A stretch of 64,000 nucleotides of DNA. Source: a virus (taxonomy: Duplodnaviria; Caudoviricetes). Under the pieces are notes generated by a model that was not told the DNA's origin, searched no databases, and saw nothing but the letters and a program-made list of their open reading frames with translations. Made by a program: the position numbers and the translations under genes. Below, piece after piece: positions 45,301 to 55,019 of the stretch (positions are counted from its first letter, which is position 1; each line of letters begins with the position of its first letter). Where the stretch lies: positions 1-64,000 of IMG/VR virus record IMGVR_UViG_2700988868_000001; one strand, 5' to 3'.

Positions 45301-48300
45301 CGAGAGCATGCAGAGCCACGAACGACAGATCACCACCCAGAGCTTGCTTGAGAGTAGCCACGGCACCAGCAGGCAGATCACCGGAGTGACCCAGCCAATC
45401 CTTGAGCATATCCACAGCAGGCTTCATCGGGCCATTCAGTGCGGCCATCAGCTTGTCCGTCGCATCTTGACGGGGCATGTTGTGCACCTTGATACCCAGA
45501 GCTTGAGCCAAGCCCAATGCAAAGCGGCTGAAGTCCTGACCATTCTCGCTGGACAAGTCCAGAGTGGATTGAGTCGGCAACAGTGCTTCACGAATCAGCT
45601 TCGTGGATTGCGGGTTGTACTTACCCAGCATCTGCATACGACCGACACGGGTCATGTTGTACCCGTAGTGGATCGGCACAGAGGTAATGTCTTCCGCTTG
45701 GTTCTGGACTTGAGCAACCAGTCCTTCCAAGTGGTTGAAGGCAGCAGCGAGCGAACGGTTCTGGCCATCCAAGGAGATGGCGTGGTTCACGTTCAGCATG
45801 TCTTCATTGATGCGACCAGCACCCATCAGTTCCAGGATTTGATCCTGACCCAGACCCATGAAGAAATCCACCATCGGCTTGTGCAGCTTGAAGGGAGTGT
45901 TGATCTCGTTCTTCAGTGCAGCACGATCTTCCGGGGTGTTCTCGGTGCCAGGGTTGCGGAGTTGGTCACGGGGAACCGACGGACGTTCGTCACCGAAGTA
46001 CGTCTTTTCTTCCGGAGTGACCAGTACAGCTTCTTCGATGGCAGTCGGGAACGCACGGATGATCGAATCCTTGTCCTGTTTGAGAGGACGGTAGATGTCG
46101 ATGGTCTTGGTAGCGCCCTTCTCATCTTGCAGCATCACACCGGTGTCCGACAGGTAGATGCGGTTCACTTCCACACCACCAGCAGCGACCAGTGCTTGCA
46201 GCATCTCCGAGGCCATGGCCAGGGGGATACCTCGGGTATACCCTAACGGGGCATTCCGATTACGGTCAAAGCCCCAGTAGGCTTCGATCTTTTGAGCCAG
46301 GGAGTTGGCAGCTTCAGCCAGGGTCAGACCCGAATTCAGGGCTTCGACCAGACCGGCAGGCTGTTCACCTTCTTCCAGGCCAGTCAGCGCTTTCGCGTCC
46401 TTGGCATCCTTCACCGAACCACGATCCACAGCCGTCAGTTGCCATTGCAGACCAGCCAACACGGCGGATTGCAGCAGGTTCTCGTCATAGACGAACGAGC
46501 CGTCAGACGGGCGGACGATGTTCAGCAGCTTGCCTTCAGCCCAACGGTTGGCTTCGACACCCTCAGCGAAACGCTTGCCCACGTTCTTCTCACCAAGGAA
46601 CTTGGAAAGGCTGGAACGCAGACGGGTGGCAATGCCTTCACCGTAGGAGAACACGTCCTTGTAGGCACGAACCAGATCGCTGTCCAGGTGCTTGCTGGAG
46701 TTGGAACCAATGAACGCATCCATGCGCTCTTGGGAACCCAGTGCTTGACGGACAGTCGTCATCGGAGATTCGTCACCAACGGTACGAGTCTTGGCTTCGG
46801 CAGGCAGGGTGAATGCCTGTTTGAAGTAGTTCTTTACACCCTCAGCTTTCGGGTCGGTGGAACCAACGAGATCAGGGAAAGCAGCGTCAATTCCTTCACG
46901 CTTGACTTCCACAGGTTCGGTCACAGGTTCTTGCACCTGTTCCACCACCGGAGCAGGTTCCGGGGTTACAGTAGGGGCGTCTTCGACCACAGGGGTCTTG
47001 GGCGCTTCTTCTTTAACCTTCGCGGGTGCAGCTCCTTCCTTCGGCGTAGCGACAGCAGAATCGGCCTGACGGAAATCCTTCACCACCTGGGCAGCAGGCT
47101 TGTCCAGACGCGAATCCAACGGAACCACATCAACATGACTGACCTGCAACTCCGGGTAAGCCGAAGCAAGGTTATTTGCGATCTGTCCAACGGTCGCAGC
47201 TTCAAGTGCAACTTGCTGCGCAAACTGTACCGACTTGGCATTCTGCGGATTAACTCCGAGTCCCTTCTTGCTCTGGACCCACTCACGCGAGGGGGTGAGA
47301 GCTTGGTACTTGACCGAACTATTCGGATCACCATTCCCCGTAGCGAGGTGGGCGTTCAAAGCCCCGACCTTGTTCTGCATGTGCTGCGAGAACTTCAGAA
47401 AGTCGTCGAGGCGAGCGGCGGCGAGGTCGAGATTACCCGCGTTGTACGCCGAGCGAATCCCCTTCGCATGTTGAAGCGCCGATTGCTGGCCTTCGCCCGA
47501 ACGGCTCTCGTCCGTCTTGATCTGCATCGACACAACATCTTGCGGTCGTAGTCCCAGCTTTGCAGCCTGGGCATCCGCATCACGAGCACCCTGCAACAGA
47601 GCAGCAGCAGACTGCAAAGCAGCACGTTGCGGATTGCTCAGGCTGATATTGCCTTCATTCGCTTGCTTCAGAATCTGGCCGATCACTTCTGCATTGGCCT
47701 TCTCCGGTGCAACTTCAGCTTGTGCCACAGCGACACGAACGTTCTGTTGACCTTCCGGCGTGGCCAACGAGGCTTCATCAACCGGAGCCACTTGGGCATC
47801 GGCCAACATCTCACTGATTTGACGGTAGGCACGCACCAGCTTCGGGGTATTGGCCAGATTGCCAATCAGTCCCGAGAATTGATCCAACACAGCATTCGCT
47901 TCGTGGTCAGCAGGCAGTTGATCCAGAGCAGCAGGGCTACGCTCAATGAACTGACTGACTTGGTTCGTCATGTCATGCAAGGCCAGGGCCGCAGACATGT
48001 GATCCATGGAACCTTCTTCCGACTGGTTCACCATATCAGCCAAACGATTGAACGCTTCCGTGCGAGTAGTGGCACCATCCAGAGCAGTACGCACTGCATC
48101 CGTGGTCATCCCTTCCGAGAGTTCGGTGGGATCAAAGCGGGTAGCAGCCATCAGGTCAGTAATGTACTGGTTCGCTTCTGCCTTGGCTTCAGGAGTGGCG
48201 TCCGTTGCTTCCACACCAGCACGCAGAGTTTCCTCAGCGACAGGAGCAGTAGCCACAGCTTCTTGGTTCGCAGCAGTCATGACCTTTTCAGAGATGGGCG

Positions 48301-49648
48301 AAGCCTTCTCGTTCTGGGCCATCACAGCTTCGCCACGCTTGACGAGAGCTTCACGAGCAGGGGCCGTTGCAGCACCCACGACATTACCCAGACCACGAGC
48401 CGTTGCCATAGTGGCACGACCGATGGGAGCGACAGTCTTGCCAGCAGCACCAGGAACCTGGACAGCACCAGCAGTACCCATACCGTACAGAGCACCCAGG
48501 CCACCTTGCTCACCAACACCTTCCAGAAGGTCCTGGTTCTTGTCCACCTTGGACTGCGTAGCGGTGTTCTGTGCCAGTTGACCAGTGGTGGATTGAATGC
48601 CTTCTTCAACCGTCTCACGGATCATGTTGCCAGCGATGGAGCCAACGGAACCAACACTGAACGGGGCCGATTCCAGACGGGCCACCAGAGGACCAGTTAG
48701 TGCACCGACAGGGGCTTGGATGGCAGCAGCAATCTGACCAGCCTGACCGGCCAAACGACGCTTGGCAGCTTCCGGAGTGAAGCCTTGATCCAGGAAGGAA
48801 CGGTAGTCTTCCGAGGTCTTCATGAGTTCATCATGGGACTTCTTCATCACTTCCGCAGCCGTCTGCTGGTAAGCACCACCGCCTTCCATCGCACCGATAG
48901 CCAGAGCAGCTTGGCCGCCAGCCGAAGACACACCCGTAGCAGCACCGGCCGCTTTCATCAGCGGACCAGCAGCCAACAGGGAGCCGACGCCTTGAGCGAT
49001 ACCGGAACCAAGCGTGGCAGGATCAGACGCACCAATGCTGACCGATGACAGAACGTCACGGCCAAAGCGTTCCAGACCAGCCAGGAACTTGGGAGTACCG
49101 GCTTCAACAGAGGCTTCTTGCTTCTGCTTGTTGTCACGACTGGCTTGAGCCAATTGAGCTTGTTGCACATCACGGCGAGCTTTCAGTGCCGGAGATTGAG
49201 TGCCTTGCGCCCATTCGTTCATGTCACCCAGTGCAGCAGCAATGGTGGCACCAACGTTGTTGTTGACCAGACCAGTACCCAGGGCAGCGATACCACCCAC
49301 CGAGTTGGCCAAGCCAGTACCGATGTCAGTGACGGCATCGGCTGCACCTTGGGAGAAGGTACGGGGCTGCGATTGATCACCGATTAAACGCGAGTTTGCG
49401 TCACCACGACGCATGAGAGCGTCGAAGCCATACTTGCGACCGTAGGATGCATCATCCATGGTCCGGAGGTCTTGCTCTTGCTGGGAAGCGGAGTCCATTC
49501 CGTAACCGGCCTGTTGGCCAGCCAATGCTTGGTACTCCATGCCCCCTGCGGCAGCTTTCTTCTGCTCAGTGGCAGCAGTCACATCCGAGCGCTTGGAATC
49601 GTGAATCGCATCTGCGAAACCCGCCAAGCGGTCAAAGATCGAAGACAT
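39371..49648 (-). CDS. Virion-encapsidated RNA polymerase (N4 gp50-like, 3425 aa)
   Basis: Size; TRVGRMQ, YVEADGVTNG (motif A), R.IAKNPLTITIYGSG (motif B), KIFDG (motif C); no Cys seen. Confidence 0.97.
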   Translation of the reverse strand: MSSIFDRLAGFADAIHDSKRSDVTAATEQKKAAAGGMEYQALAGQQAGYGMDSASQQEQDLRTMDDASYGRKYGFDALMRRGDANSRLIGDQSQPRTFSQGAADAVTDIGTGLANSVGGIAALGTGLVNNNVGATIAAALGDMNEWAQGTQSPALKARRDVQQAQLAQASRDNKQKQEASVEAGTPKFLAGLERFGRDVLSSVSIGASDPATLGSGIAQGVGSLLAAGPLMKAAGAATGVSSAGGQAALAIGAMEGGGAYQQTAAEVMKKSHDELMKTSEDYRSFLDQGFTPEAAKRRLAGQAGQIAAAIQAPVGALTGPLVARLESAPFSVGSVGSIAGNMIRETVEEGIQSTTGQLAQNTATQSKVDKNQDLLEGVGEQGGLGALYGMGTAGAVQVPGAAGKTVAPIGRATMATARGLGNVVGAATAPAREALVKRGEAVMAQNEKASPISEKVMTAANQEAVATAPVAEETLRAGVEATDATPEAKAEANQYITDLMAATRFDPTELSEGMTTDAVRTALDGATTRTEAFNRLADMVNQSEEGSMDHMSAALALHDMTNQVSQFIERSPAALDQLPADHEANAVLDQFSGLIGNLANTPKLVRAYRQISEMLADAQVAPVDEASLATPEGQQNVRVAVAQAEVAPEKANAEVIGQILKQANEGNISLSNPQRAALQSAAALLQGARDADAQAAKLGLRPQDVVSMQIKTDESRSGEGQQSALQHAKGIRSAYNAGNLDLAAARLDDFLKFSQHMQNKVGALNAHLATGNGDPNSSVKYQALTPSREWVQSKKGLGVNPQNAKSVQFAQQVALEAATVGQIANNLASAYPELQVSHVDVVPLDSRLDKPAAQVVKDFRQADSAVATPKEGAAPAKVKEEAPKTPVVEDAPTVTPEPAPVVEQVQEPVTEPVEVKREGIDAAFPDLVGSTDPKAEGVKNYFKQAFTLPAEAKTRTVGDESPMTTVRQALGSQERMDAFIGSNSSKHLDSDLVRAYKDVFSYGEGIATRLRSSLSKFLGEKNVGKRFAEGVEANRWAEGKLLNIVRPSDGSFVYDENLLQSAVLAGLQWQLTAVDRGSVKDAKDAKALTGLEEGEQPAGLVEALNSGLTLAEAANSLAQKIEAYWGFDRNRNAPLGYTRGIPLAMASEMLQALVAAGGVEVNRIYLSDTGVMLQDEKGATKTIDIYRPLKQDKDSIIRAFPTAIEEAVLVTPEEKTYFGDERPSVPRDQLRNPGTENTPEDRAALKNEINTPFKLHKPMVDFFMGLGQDQILELMGAGRINEDMLNVNHAISLDGQNRSLAAAFNHLEGLVAQVQNQAEDITSVPIHYGYNMTRVGRMQMLGKYNPQSTKLIREALLPTQSTLDLSSENGQDFSRFALGLAQALGIKVHNMPRQDATDKLMAALNGPMKPAVDMLKDWLGHSGDLPAGAVATLKQALGGDLSFVALHALVEYARYTNADAAARAKFETPIYVEADGVTNGPVNAMLLMSAGPFDTSFLKNAAKGGLFLQPGMTMNEYRSTVDGKDLYQASTDALAENLKTLQQSISREPGLTSQLGHLQSLMDLFLPDLSIDEAGNLELKRGIAKNPLTITIYGSGAKGIAGKMVSSVVDAIYERMSQAVQSVAEDPSITPALALFGQQADSVQHANEMMKRMSTALEALTSAAPVVRKERMTLESVDGYQERQGLDPKTFTLTADELNTMQQNMLHLFVNPMRDAIQSTIGSSLMESTKQLQKATQVQSLFLQEAFKDGVQAKLEEKAKDPTWKKGDFLTQAELDDVTKSLSKLSPRVTTGKQNFFIAGSQNSEVAGMDFARALDGKMRVPAQVYGPSDAGVSGIPVMTIGTGDGQMMQTIATMKGKPTGTLKIFDGMNLPLNQIENGAEKANQAVYESWMGNPLQAVSDSYQAFMKNADFTNMSEDLVNSLKRSLLEPKQWRDDVKPEVLKAAAEALGSRLAQSALEAEARHRALDRVNLSIDQMAAVGVPYQTTGKLDLSALTQDEQVSALNMMYQEELAKLQAPAPKSEQPKGQTEKLNPAFEAVGRVHAKSGARVLSVTAIKNLAKISTLSGEQAAVLNEIQKSLAAKEYKMILGTPEQVNLYAQLTGKQTLTSEDLAEAKKGNIDGWTTFDDKTMYMTRPSNETLIHEMVHAATFETVYDHYLGVDQGIKGTAVAQAVQRLEVLMDQFQKLDVSNQSPEFQDAHQQAMDAIQGFQQDGFIDPAVSKAGALNEFMAWGLSNRNLASVQKQTASNPLVRIAKEVIAGIKSLIWGRKVVPGVGDDMFSNLLFNSAIIMRAQPSIAKVSKDSTLFMSRAFGDNERLSQLKGAFDRMVVDHLNVAPVQKFEREGKLKLAITQAVALGRSVQANGFPMTAQEYGVFRNVTAALATEMAIDPHALARAQELYSHVTKTVKVEDFMADPAGNDPSDRYYAQMKFDVIMGNYLTTTDEQGRSSLLPTFLGLAMVHDDLRAVLAKMPVPKADRKLNNSLDNILTNTGSKAMESLNRRLAGDSKAATITEAIDALAETIAEANQESQSFYDAVATPTGNFVDRTNDIFVNGVSRLSDAAIDKANGILQNPTTGPAMKLAAQALKGVAAIATEKNGAAVSKGLMSQMNQGNKWKPFYDFVNDLVGRTSENADVYDMIKSVRSQVQQDRQQFREHLPTTIAEKFSRKLDDKEWSALHTGLGKTDIAALRQSMSMDEILTLFSDQKAVDAKINDLEQAIDKADPSHWHNIQLKAKQLAKYMVTGETGSNLLRNAEAVTRLLGVPGVFKRRAAPTASTINAVDQLISLYALEAMSKDQRDALSNLALNEAEGMDFSTAYMVGQRVDEMNKAALTPESRLNHYKGYIPTENQQGVQMIVAEDTRFAELEAMSYVRVADYRGSSADRFTGKRGYYFMPVNARTAFSQGIMQNVRSTAGGVDTTSGYTMNKMTAGRITDPTSVARISKALQNGERGTEMLMPVYREDGSVQAYERSVDPNQLQRLNTEDHFAKMVGVWRGRQMEEAKSQFFNDALVDKLHDMYKKDVAAGRGTEYVNVLGSKKDAVLADAIALMNQETRDRAEGLFGKGEFWVRKDMLNDAFGYRMASVGDAWTGNSRLTPETQDAIKKMALGVFGNKAYKYVMNTEQAVQGAVKTAKTLIVVKSVVIPVVNFLANIYQMVGRGVPIKTIMTGLPKKTAEIHSYVNSRLRQVEAEAELRAAEGNLTKTRKLQAEIQSITDAHKRMSIWPLIERGEFSSIADAGISRDDLLITDGKIHDFFDRLAEKLPKSVQNAGRYALITKDTALFQGIQKAVEYSDFIAKALIHDDMMKRQGRSKEDADSRVTEEFINYDRLPGRFRGYMESMGLLWFYNFKIRSAKVAMSMIRNNPVHALLAGMAPTPTMFGNVGLPIEDNIFSVLAEGKLGMSIGPAMGMRAPTLNPWHNLVW

Positions 49649-49695
49649 AGTCTTTCCTTTAAAGCAGGTATGTTTGTGGGGAGTTTACCACTCCC

Positions 49696-49728
49696 AAAAG
49701 AAAACGCCCACTCCGAAGAATGGGCGTC
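49696..49728 (-). terminator. Intrinsic terminator
   Basis: GACGCCCATTC-TTC-GGAGTGGGCGTTTTCTTTT on the - strand. Confidence 0.75.
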
Positions 49729-49746
49729 GAAGGAGCTAGGTCGATT

Positions 49747-51798
49747 CTAGTCGATCCAGCGCAGATCGGAGGGTGTCGGATTGATACCAGGAACCAAGTT
49801 CAGGGAGTTGTAGTCCACTGCCGGTTGAGACCGGGAAGCAGACTGGGCAACCGTACCCGTCTTCTTGGGAGCTTCCTGCACTGCCCGTTGAGCTGCCAGC
49901 TCGTTGACGGAGCCGGTCAGTTGATCAGTCAGAGCATCCTGGCGTGCTTGTGCCATAGCCACCCGTTGACGCAGACGGGGGATCGTAGCAGCAACCTTCG
50001 GGTTGTTGGGAGCAACAGCCATTGCCTGGGCCAATTCAGCCGACGCATCCGATGCAGCCTTTTGGGCCGACTGGATTTGCGAAGCCAAGTTGGCACGGTA
50101 GTTGGCAGAGGCTACACGTTCTTCCGAACGACCATTGGCGTACTCGTTCTGGATGATCTGACGGACGCGATCCGCATTGATGCCGACACCGGTATTCGGG
50201 TCATTGTCACGAGGACCGCCGCCAATCGAGGAACCAAGTGCATCCCAAGCACGACCAGCCCAAGAAGTACGACCAGAGCCGACGGACTGGGCCATGGCCT
50301 GTAGTGCAACGGCAGGAGGCACCTCCACCCCCAGGTCACGACCGATGGACTGTGCACGTTCCATTTGCAGGGAAACCCAGGCAGGGTCAGCACCTTCAAA
50401 TGTACCGCCCTTATCACGAGCAGCCTTCAGCAGATCACCCGTGGAGCGCTTATCCAGGATGGCCGTGTCGAAGTTGTTCGACAAGGAGTTCACCGCTTCC
50501 TGACTGGCACGGTTCTGTACCGAACGGGAAGCGATATCGGCAAAGCCGGTATTCTCCGCAGCCGGACGCAGTTCCACACCGTTGTCAGTGGCAGAGACTT
50601 CACCACCAGCGATTTCCTTGCGGGCTTCGCTCCAGGGAACATCCTTGTAGGCACCGACCTTGCTGTTGTTCAACGCAGCCCAGGTCTTGGTGAGATCACC
50701 ACCCTTGCGGTCGTTGTACAGAGCCTCAGCCAGCTTCTCCTGGTTCTCAGGAGACATGGGCTGATCTTTCCAGTTCTCGCCCAGCACCTTGGGACCATAC
50801 TGTTCCAGGGTAGCCTTGTTGATTTGGTAACGACCAACAGGGGAGTTCTTCAGATTGGGATCAGCGATCATGCCAGCTTGGTGCGTCAGTACATCACCAA
50901 TGGGCATCTCCGTGATGGGCCGTTCCGTAGGTGTGAACTTGTAGGTTGCGTCATAGGACGAGCCTTGACGAGTACCAGCAGTTCCCGGAGCCGAAGGGGT
51001 GAATCCACCAGAGGATTGGGGAGCAGCACCACCGCCCATACCAAGACCCAAAGACGAACCAATGATGCGCTGTACGGCAGCAGGCAAGGCATCAAAACCA
51101 GCAGCCAGATTCTCCTGCACACCACGTTCCGAGACAGCACCCTGACGGGCATTGATCATGTAGTCCTGTGCCATAGCCTTCGCAGCATCATCGCTCATGG
51201 TCTTGCCCAGTTGGTACTGGCTGGACATGTTGCTGGTCTGGCGTCCTTGGTTCGACAGGGTGGAACCTTGGATGCCTTGAGCACCCTTCGTCGCATCAAC
51301 CAGTTGATCCGCCCGCAGGCCGGATGCTTCAGCAGCCTGATACGCGGCAGCAATGGCACGGGGATCGCCCGACAGAGCAGCCGTGTTCAGATTGCGGAGA
51401 GCACGATCAGCACCAGCAGCACGGGTATCCGTGTCCTGCTGTCGAGCGAAGTCATATTGGCCTTTGGCCGTGGAGAGTTGTTGGCCTGCCTGCCGTACCA
51501 GGTCACCTTGACGGGAACCAAGTGCAGCAAGGGTTTCCGGGGAAAGCTGAGAAACGTCAACATTGCCGAGCAGTGAGCCATCTTGCAGAGAACGCTGATA
51601 CGTTTCGAGATCAGTGATCTGCAACGCTCGCTGCATAACATCATTACCAGCTTGCTGTCGGCCAGCTTCCTGGAAATTAGACAAGGAGCGAGACAGGTTA
51701 TCCGTAGCCCCGCCAAGCAACGCACCGAACGTACGAATACCGTCCAGTGCTCCAGAGAAAGAAGGGGCGTCTACATTACGCCATGTGATTTGTGCCAT
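49747..51798 (-). CDS. N4 gp51-like ejection protein with lysozyme-like domain
   Basis: MAQITWRNV.AP start; GRYQI...T...SPENQ..LA...W..L lysozyme-like motifs. Confidence 0.8.
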   Translation of the reverse strand: MAQITWRNVDAPSFSGALDGIRTFGALLGGATDNLSRSLSNFQEAGRQQAGNDVMQRALQITDLETYQRSLQDGSLLGNVDVSQLSPETLAALGSRQGDLVRQAGQQLSTAKGQYDFARQQDTDTRAAGADRALRNLNTAALSGDPRAIAAAYQAAEASGLRADQLVDATKGAQGIQGSTLSNQGRQTSNMSSQYQLGKTMSDDAAKAMAQDYMINARQGAVSERGVQENLAAGFDALPAAVQRIIGSSLGLGMGGGAAPQSSGGFTPSAPGTAGTRQGSSYDATYKFTPTERPITEMPIGDVLTHQAGMIADPNLKNSPVGRYQINKATLEQYGPKVLGENWKDQPMSPENQEKLAEALYNDRKGGDLTKTWAALNNSKVGAYKDVPWSEARKEIAGGEVSATDNGVELRPAAENTGFADIASRSVQNRASQEAVNSLSNNFDTAILDKRSTGDLLKAARDKGGTFEGADPAWVSLQMERAQSIGRDLGVEVPPAVALQAMAQSVGSGRTSWAGRAWDALGSSIGGGPRDNDPNTGVGINADRVRQIIQNEYANGRSEERVASANYRANLASQIQSAQKAASDASAELAQAMAVAPNNPKVAATIPRLRQRVAMAQARQDALTDQLTGSVNELAAQRAVQEAPKKTGTVAQSASRSQPAVDYNSLNLVPGINPTPSDLRWID

Positions 51799-51809
51799 AG
51801 GACCTCCGC

Positions 51810-52334
51810 TTATCGAGTGAGACGATTACGGTTCACGTAATCATCAGCCGATGCTTGATCTCGCCCTTCCATAGCAGCACGGCTGCGAGAGCGATCCTCT
51901 AGTGCCGTGTTGTACGACTTGATCTGATTATTCAGGTTGGTATTGGTGACGTCCTTGGAGAAATTGAACTGGTCCCGTGCCAACCGATTGGCTTGGGTTG
52001 CCCCGTACAGTCCACCAAGGGAAGACAGCATGCCAAGTCCCAGTTGCAGAGTGGGGATGTTCATCCCCAGACCACCAAAGATTCCACCTCCCGGGCCTGA
52101 ACCATTAGTGCCAATAGGAATTGAGCCACCCCCGCCAATACCCATAAGGGAACCAAGGGGAGAGGGGCTGTTGCCTGCGAGGTTCAGGCCGGTGCTACCA
52201 CCACCCATACCACCAAACATGCTGGCACCTTGAGTGGAGTAGTTAGAAAGGGAACCCAGGCCTCCTATGTCATTCCCATTACCGAATTGGTAAGTGGGGA
52301 TGGTAAGTCCTGTCCCAGCAAAAGAAGTAGCCAT
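51810..52334 (-). CDS. N4 gp52-like virion protein
   Basis: Gly-rich; A..QF.F.K.....N..NQ.KSYNT.LEDR.R.R. Confidence 0.85.
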   Translation of the reverse strand: MATSFAGTGLTIPTYQFGNGNDIGGLGSLSNYSTQGASMFGGMGGGSTGLNLAGNSPSPLGSLMGIGGGGSIPIGTNGSGPGGGIFGGLGMNIPTLQLGLGMLSSLGGLYGATQANRLARDQFNFSKDVTNTNLNNQIKSYNTALEDRSRSRAAMEGRDQASADDYVNRNRLTR

Positions 52335-52343
52335 GAGTGGCTC

Positions 52344-55016
52344 CTATACAAAGTCTAGTTGAAGATTAGCATCCGTGAAGTTGGTAATCATCTTCATGGA
52401 CATGTCGGCAATGTCACTGCCTGTCATCAGTGTACGAGCCAAGAAGGTATCTCGTGGTTCCGAAGCAAGAGCAAACGCGTCTGTAAAGCCTAGAGGATTG
52501 ACCGTGCCTTGGTTATACCCAAATTCCAACTCGTACTGACGCTGTAGACTAGTCATCTCTTCATTGTACGCTTGCATCATACTTTCCGTTTTACGGAGAA
52601 GTTCCTGTGTGCTGTTATTGATGTACTGGGACACCGCATTGCCCATGGTGGAAGTCAGCCGCAGCAGGTTATCTGCCCGCATCATCTGGCCCATCATGGT
52701 AGACATAGACTGCCCATTGGACAATGCCGTACCTACCTGCATAGCCATCATTCCTGCAATGGTTCCAATGATCAGTCCAAGTTTGTCACCAAATAGCATG
52801 GTAGCGCCCTTCTGAATGACGGACATAAGAACCATGGCAGCAATAGCGTTTGCTATTGCACCAACCAGTGCAGCAGCTGCCGTACCTGCAGCAAAGCCCA
52901 AAGCGGCACCCACAGCTGCATTGGAACCGAGAAGACCACCACCGGCACCAGCAGCCGGGGGGAACATAACAGACACGACAACGATCACCACAACCAGAAC
53001 CACCTGGAACACACTGGTCTGATACCACTTCTGCTTGACTTCCTGATAGCAATTCAACACCAAGTAGTTCGATGCAGTACACAACTGGGTACTTCGGACC
53101 AGGGGCATGCTGCGGAGAATGGTGTTGTGTAAAGGAAGCACAAAGCCAGATTCTTCAGCATCGTTCAAAGCATCGATAGTGGTGATCTCTACGAACTTGC
53201 CCTTATAAACACGATTTTTGTGGACACCCCCAATGATGTTGATAACACGCCATTCATTGGCAGAGCGTTGCCAAATCATGGAGACATTGTCTACCTTGTA
53301 GGAGGCCGCATACAGTTTCAGCATCCCACTGTCGTCCACCTCTTTACGGGTAAACGGGAAGGACTCAGTGCCATTGTTAATAAATCGCAGCTCTCCTGGC
53401 TTGGCTCCAGGCCATGCCTTTCCTGTGTTGATAGTGCCCTCCAAATATGACCATTTGATCTCCATGTCATATTCCATTTCCGTAGTGGATCGGATACGGA
53501 AAGACTTGGTAGGCTCAACCGGATAGTTGGGCATAGGTGGTTCTGGGTCCCCAAACGTAGGGCCGTTGTGTTGTTGATCGTTGTACCACTGGATCCATGC
53601 CACCTCCTTTTGTACCTCTTCATTAAACGCCGCTTTCCAATGCTGGAAAGTGGGGAACGACGGGCTAGGCGGATAACTGATCATCATCTGTTGAAAGAAT
53701 CGGAATATGTATTCCTTAGCTGTGTTTTCCGGAGAATTGAATGAAGCACCGAATACGGTGTAGATAAACTGGATATTATCAATGTCATCATTGTCTTTCA
53801 GGCTCTTTACCACCTTGCTCAACTTGCCGCCCGTTGCCTTACGGAATGCTTTGGTAGTGAGAGTATTTAGGGAACCAGTAACCCAATCCCCATCTAGTCG
53901 AATGGGGATATACGGGTAGAACTTATCCCCACTGTCTTCGTTATTGAACAGCGAGTCGAGTACGGAGTTACCGCTACCACGACGGTAGATCATTATTCGA
54001 AGCTTGCCGCCCAGATACCTACGGAATTCCGTATTGCTAATCCGATAGCTACGAAGCATCGTCTGTACTTGCTTAGTAGTAGTGATGGTGGTGTCAATGG
54101 TCACACCCCCGACAGTTTCAGAGCTGGTCTCCACAGAGACTTCATCCTCAATGGGACCAAGAACCTGATAGAAGAACATATCGTAGTCACGATAGCGAAT
54201 ACTCCCGGCATCGCCAGAAACACCAAGTGTCTCTGTACGACCCCATCGAGATTGGTGATCAATAACAACTTCATCCCGGGGAGTCACTACAGTAGTAGTC
54301 TCATCAGGGCGACCATCACTGAATTCTTTCTTGGTGACTACAGTGGTGGACAGGTGAACATCTATAGGGGCATCCGTGGTGGATTCGTGGGACCATCCCG
54401 TAGTAGACGGAAACGGTTCCCCCGGCAGCAATGGGATATTGGAACCGGGATTGGTAGACAGGATTTCAGGTTCCGGACGAACGGAATACGGGATGTATAG
54501 ATACTGCTCCGTGTGGTCGAAACCAACAGGAGTAAACCTAATGGGTGGACGGCCGGTGATCTCCACTTGAATACGGCCATCGTCTAGCATGTCTGATTTC
54601 CAGGTACCGGATACGGAACCAGGGAAGTTTTCCAGGACATACTGATCCGCCCAGAATGAGAAGTCAGCAAAGCCGATCTCTGCGTTCTGGATGATCACCT
54701 CCTCGTGGTTCCCATGGGGAATCTGAGAAGCAATGGCATCGTTGTCGATAACGCCAGTGGTGGTGATGTCACCATAGGCGATGCCTACTGTTGGCTCGTA
54801 GTTGGTACGCGCCCAGTAGGAGAAATTACGCATACGAATACCCGGTCCGTTCAAGTACGAACGGGGGATGAGTTCCCCAGCTGAGTACTGATTGGACGAA
54901 AGAACCGCCCCGATTACACTGGTCTTCAGGTAATCAGGGCGTTCTTTAATGTCCCCGGCCAAGTTATAGACCGAGGACGATACGAGTATCTTAGTGGATC
55001 CACTAAAGATTCCCAT
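52344..55016 (-). CDS. N4 gp53-like virion protein
   Basis: MG.FSG...VSSSVYNLAGD; C-terminal hydrophobic helices; FL.RTLMTG.DIA. Confidence 0.8.
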   Translation of the reverse strand: MGIFSGSTKILVSSSVYNLAGDIKERPDYLKTSVIGAVLSSNQYSAGELIPRSYLNGPGIRMRNFSYWARTNYEPTVGIAYGDITTTGVIDNDAIASQIPHGNHEEVIIQNAEIGFADFSFWADQYVLENFPGSVSGTWKSDMLDDGRIQVEITGRPPIRFTPVGFDHTEQYLYIPYSVRPEPEILSTNPGSNIPLLPGEPFPSTTGWSHESTTDAPIDVHLSTTVVTKKEFSDGRPDETTTVVTPRDEVVIDHQSRWGRTETLGVSGDAGSIRYRDYDMFFYQVLGPIEDEVSVETSSETVGGVTIDTTITTTKQVQTMLRSYRISNTEFRRYLGGKLRIMIYRRGSGNSVLDSLFNNEDSGDKFYPYIPIRLDGDWVTGSLNTLTTKAFRKATGGKLSKVVKSLKDNDDIDNIQFIYTVFGASFNSPENTAKEYIFRFFQQMMISYPPSPSFPTFQHWKAAFNEEVQKEVAWIQWYNDQQHNGPTFGDPEPPMPNYPVEPTKSFRIRSTTEMEYDMEIKWSYLEGTINTGKAWPGAKPGELRFINNGTESFPFTRKEVDDSGMLKLYAASYKVDNVSMIWQRSANEWRVINIIGGVHKNRVYKGKFVEITTIDALNDAEESGFVLPLHNTILRSMPLVRSTQLCTASNYLVLNCYQEVKQKWYQTSVFQVVLVVVIVVVSVMFPPAAGAGGGLLGSNAAVGAALGFAAGTAAAALVGAIANAIAAMVLMSVIQKGATMLFGDKLGLIIGTIAGMMAMQVGTALSNGQSMSTMMGQMMRADNLLRLTSTMGNAVSQYINNSTQELLRKTESMMQAYNEEMTSLQRQYELEFGYNQGTVNPLGFTDAFALASEPRDTFLARTLMTGSDIADMSMKMITNFTDANLQLDFV

Positions 55017-55019
55017 TAC

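Noticed and set aside
39353-47551. Long + strand ORFs opposite vRNAP (805, 820, 504 and 419 aa) and opposite the capsid gene (56941-58770)
   Set aside because: Antisense shadows of recognisable late genes
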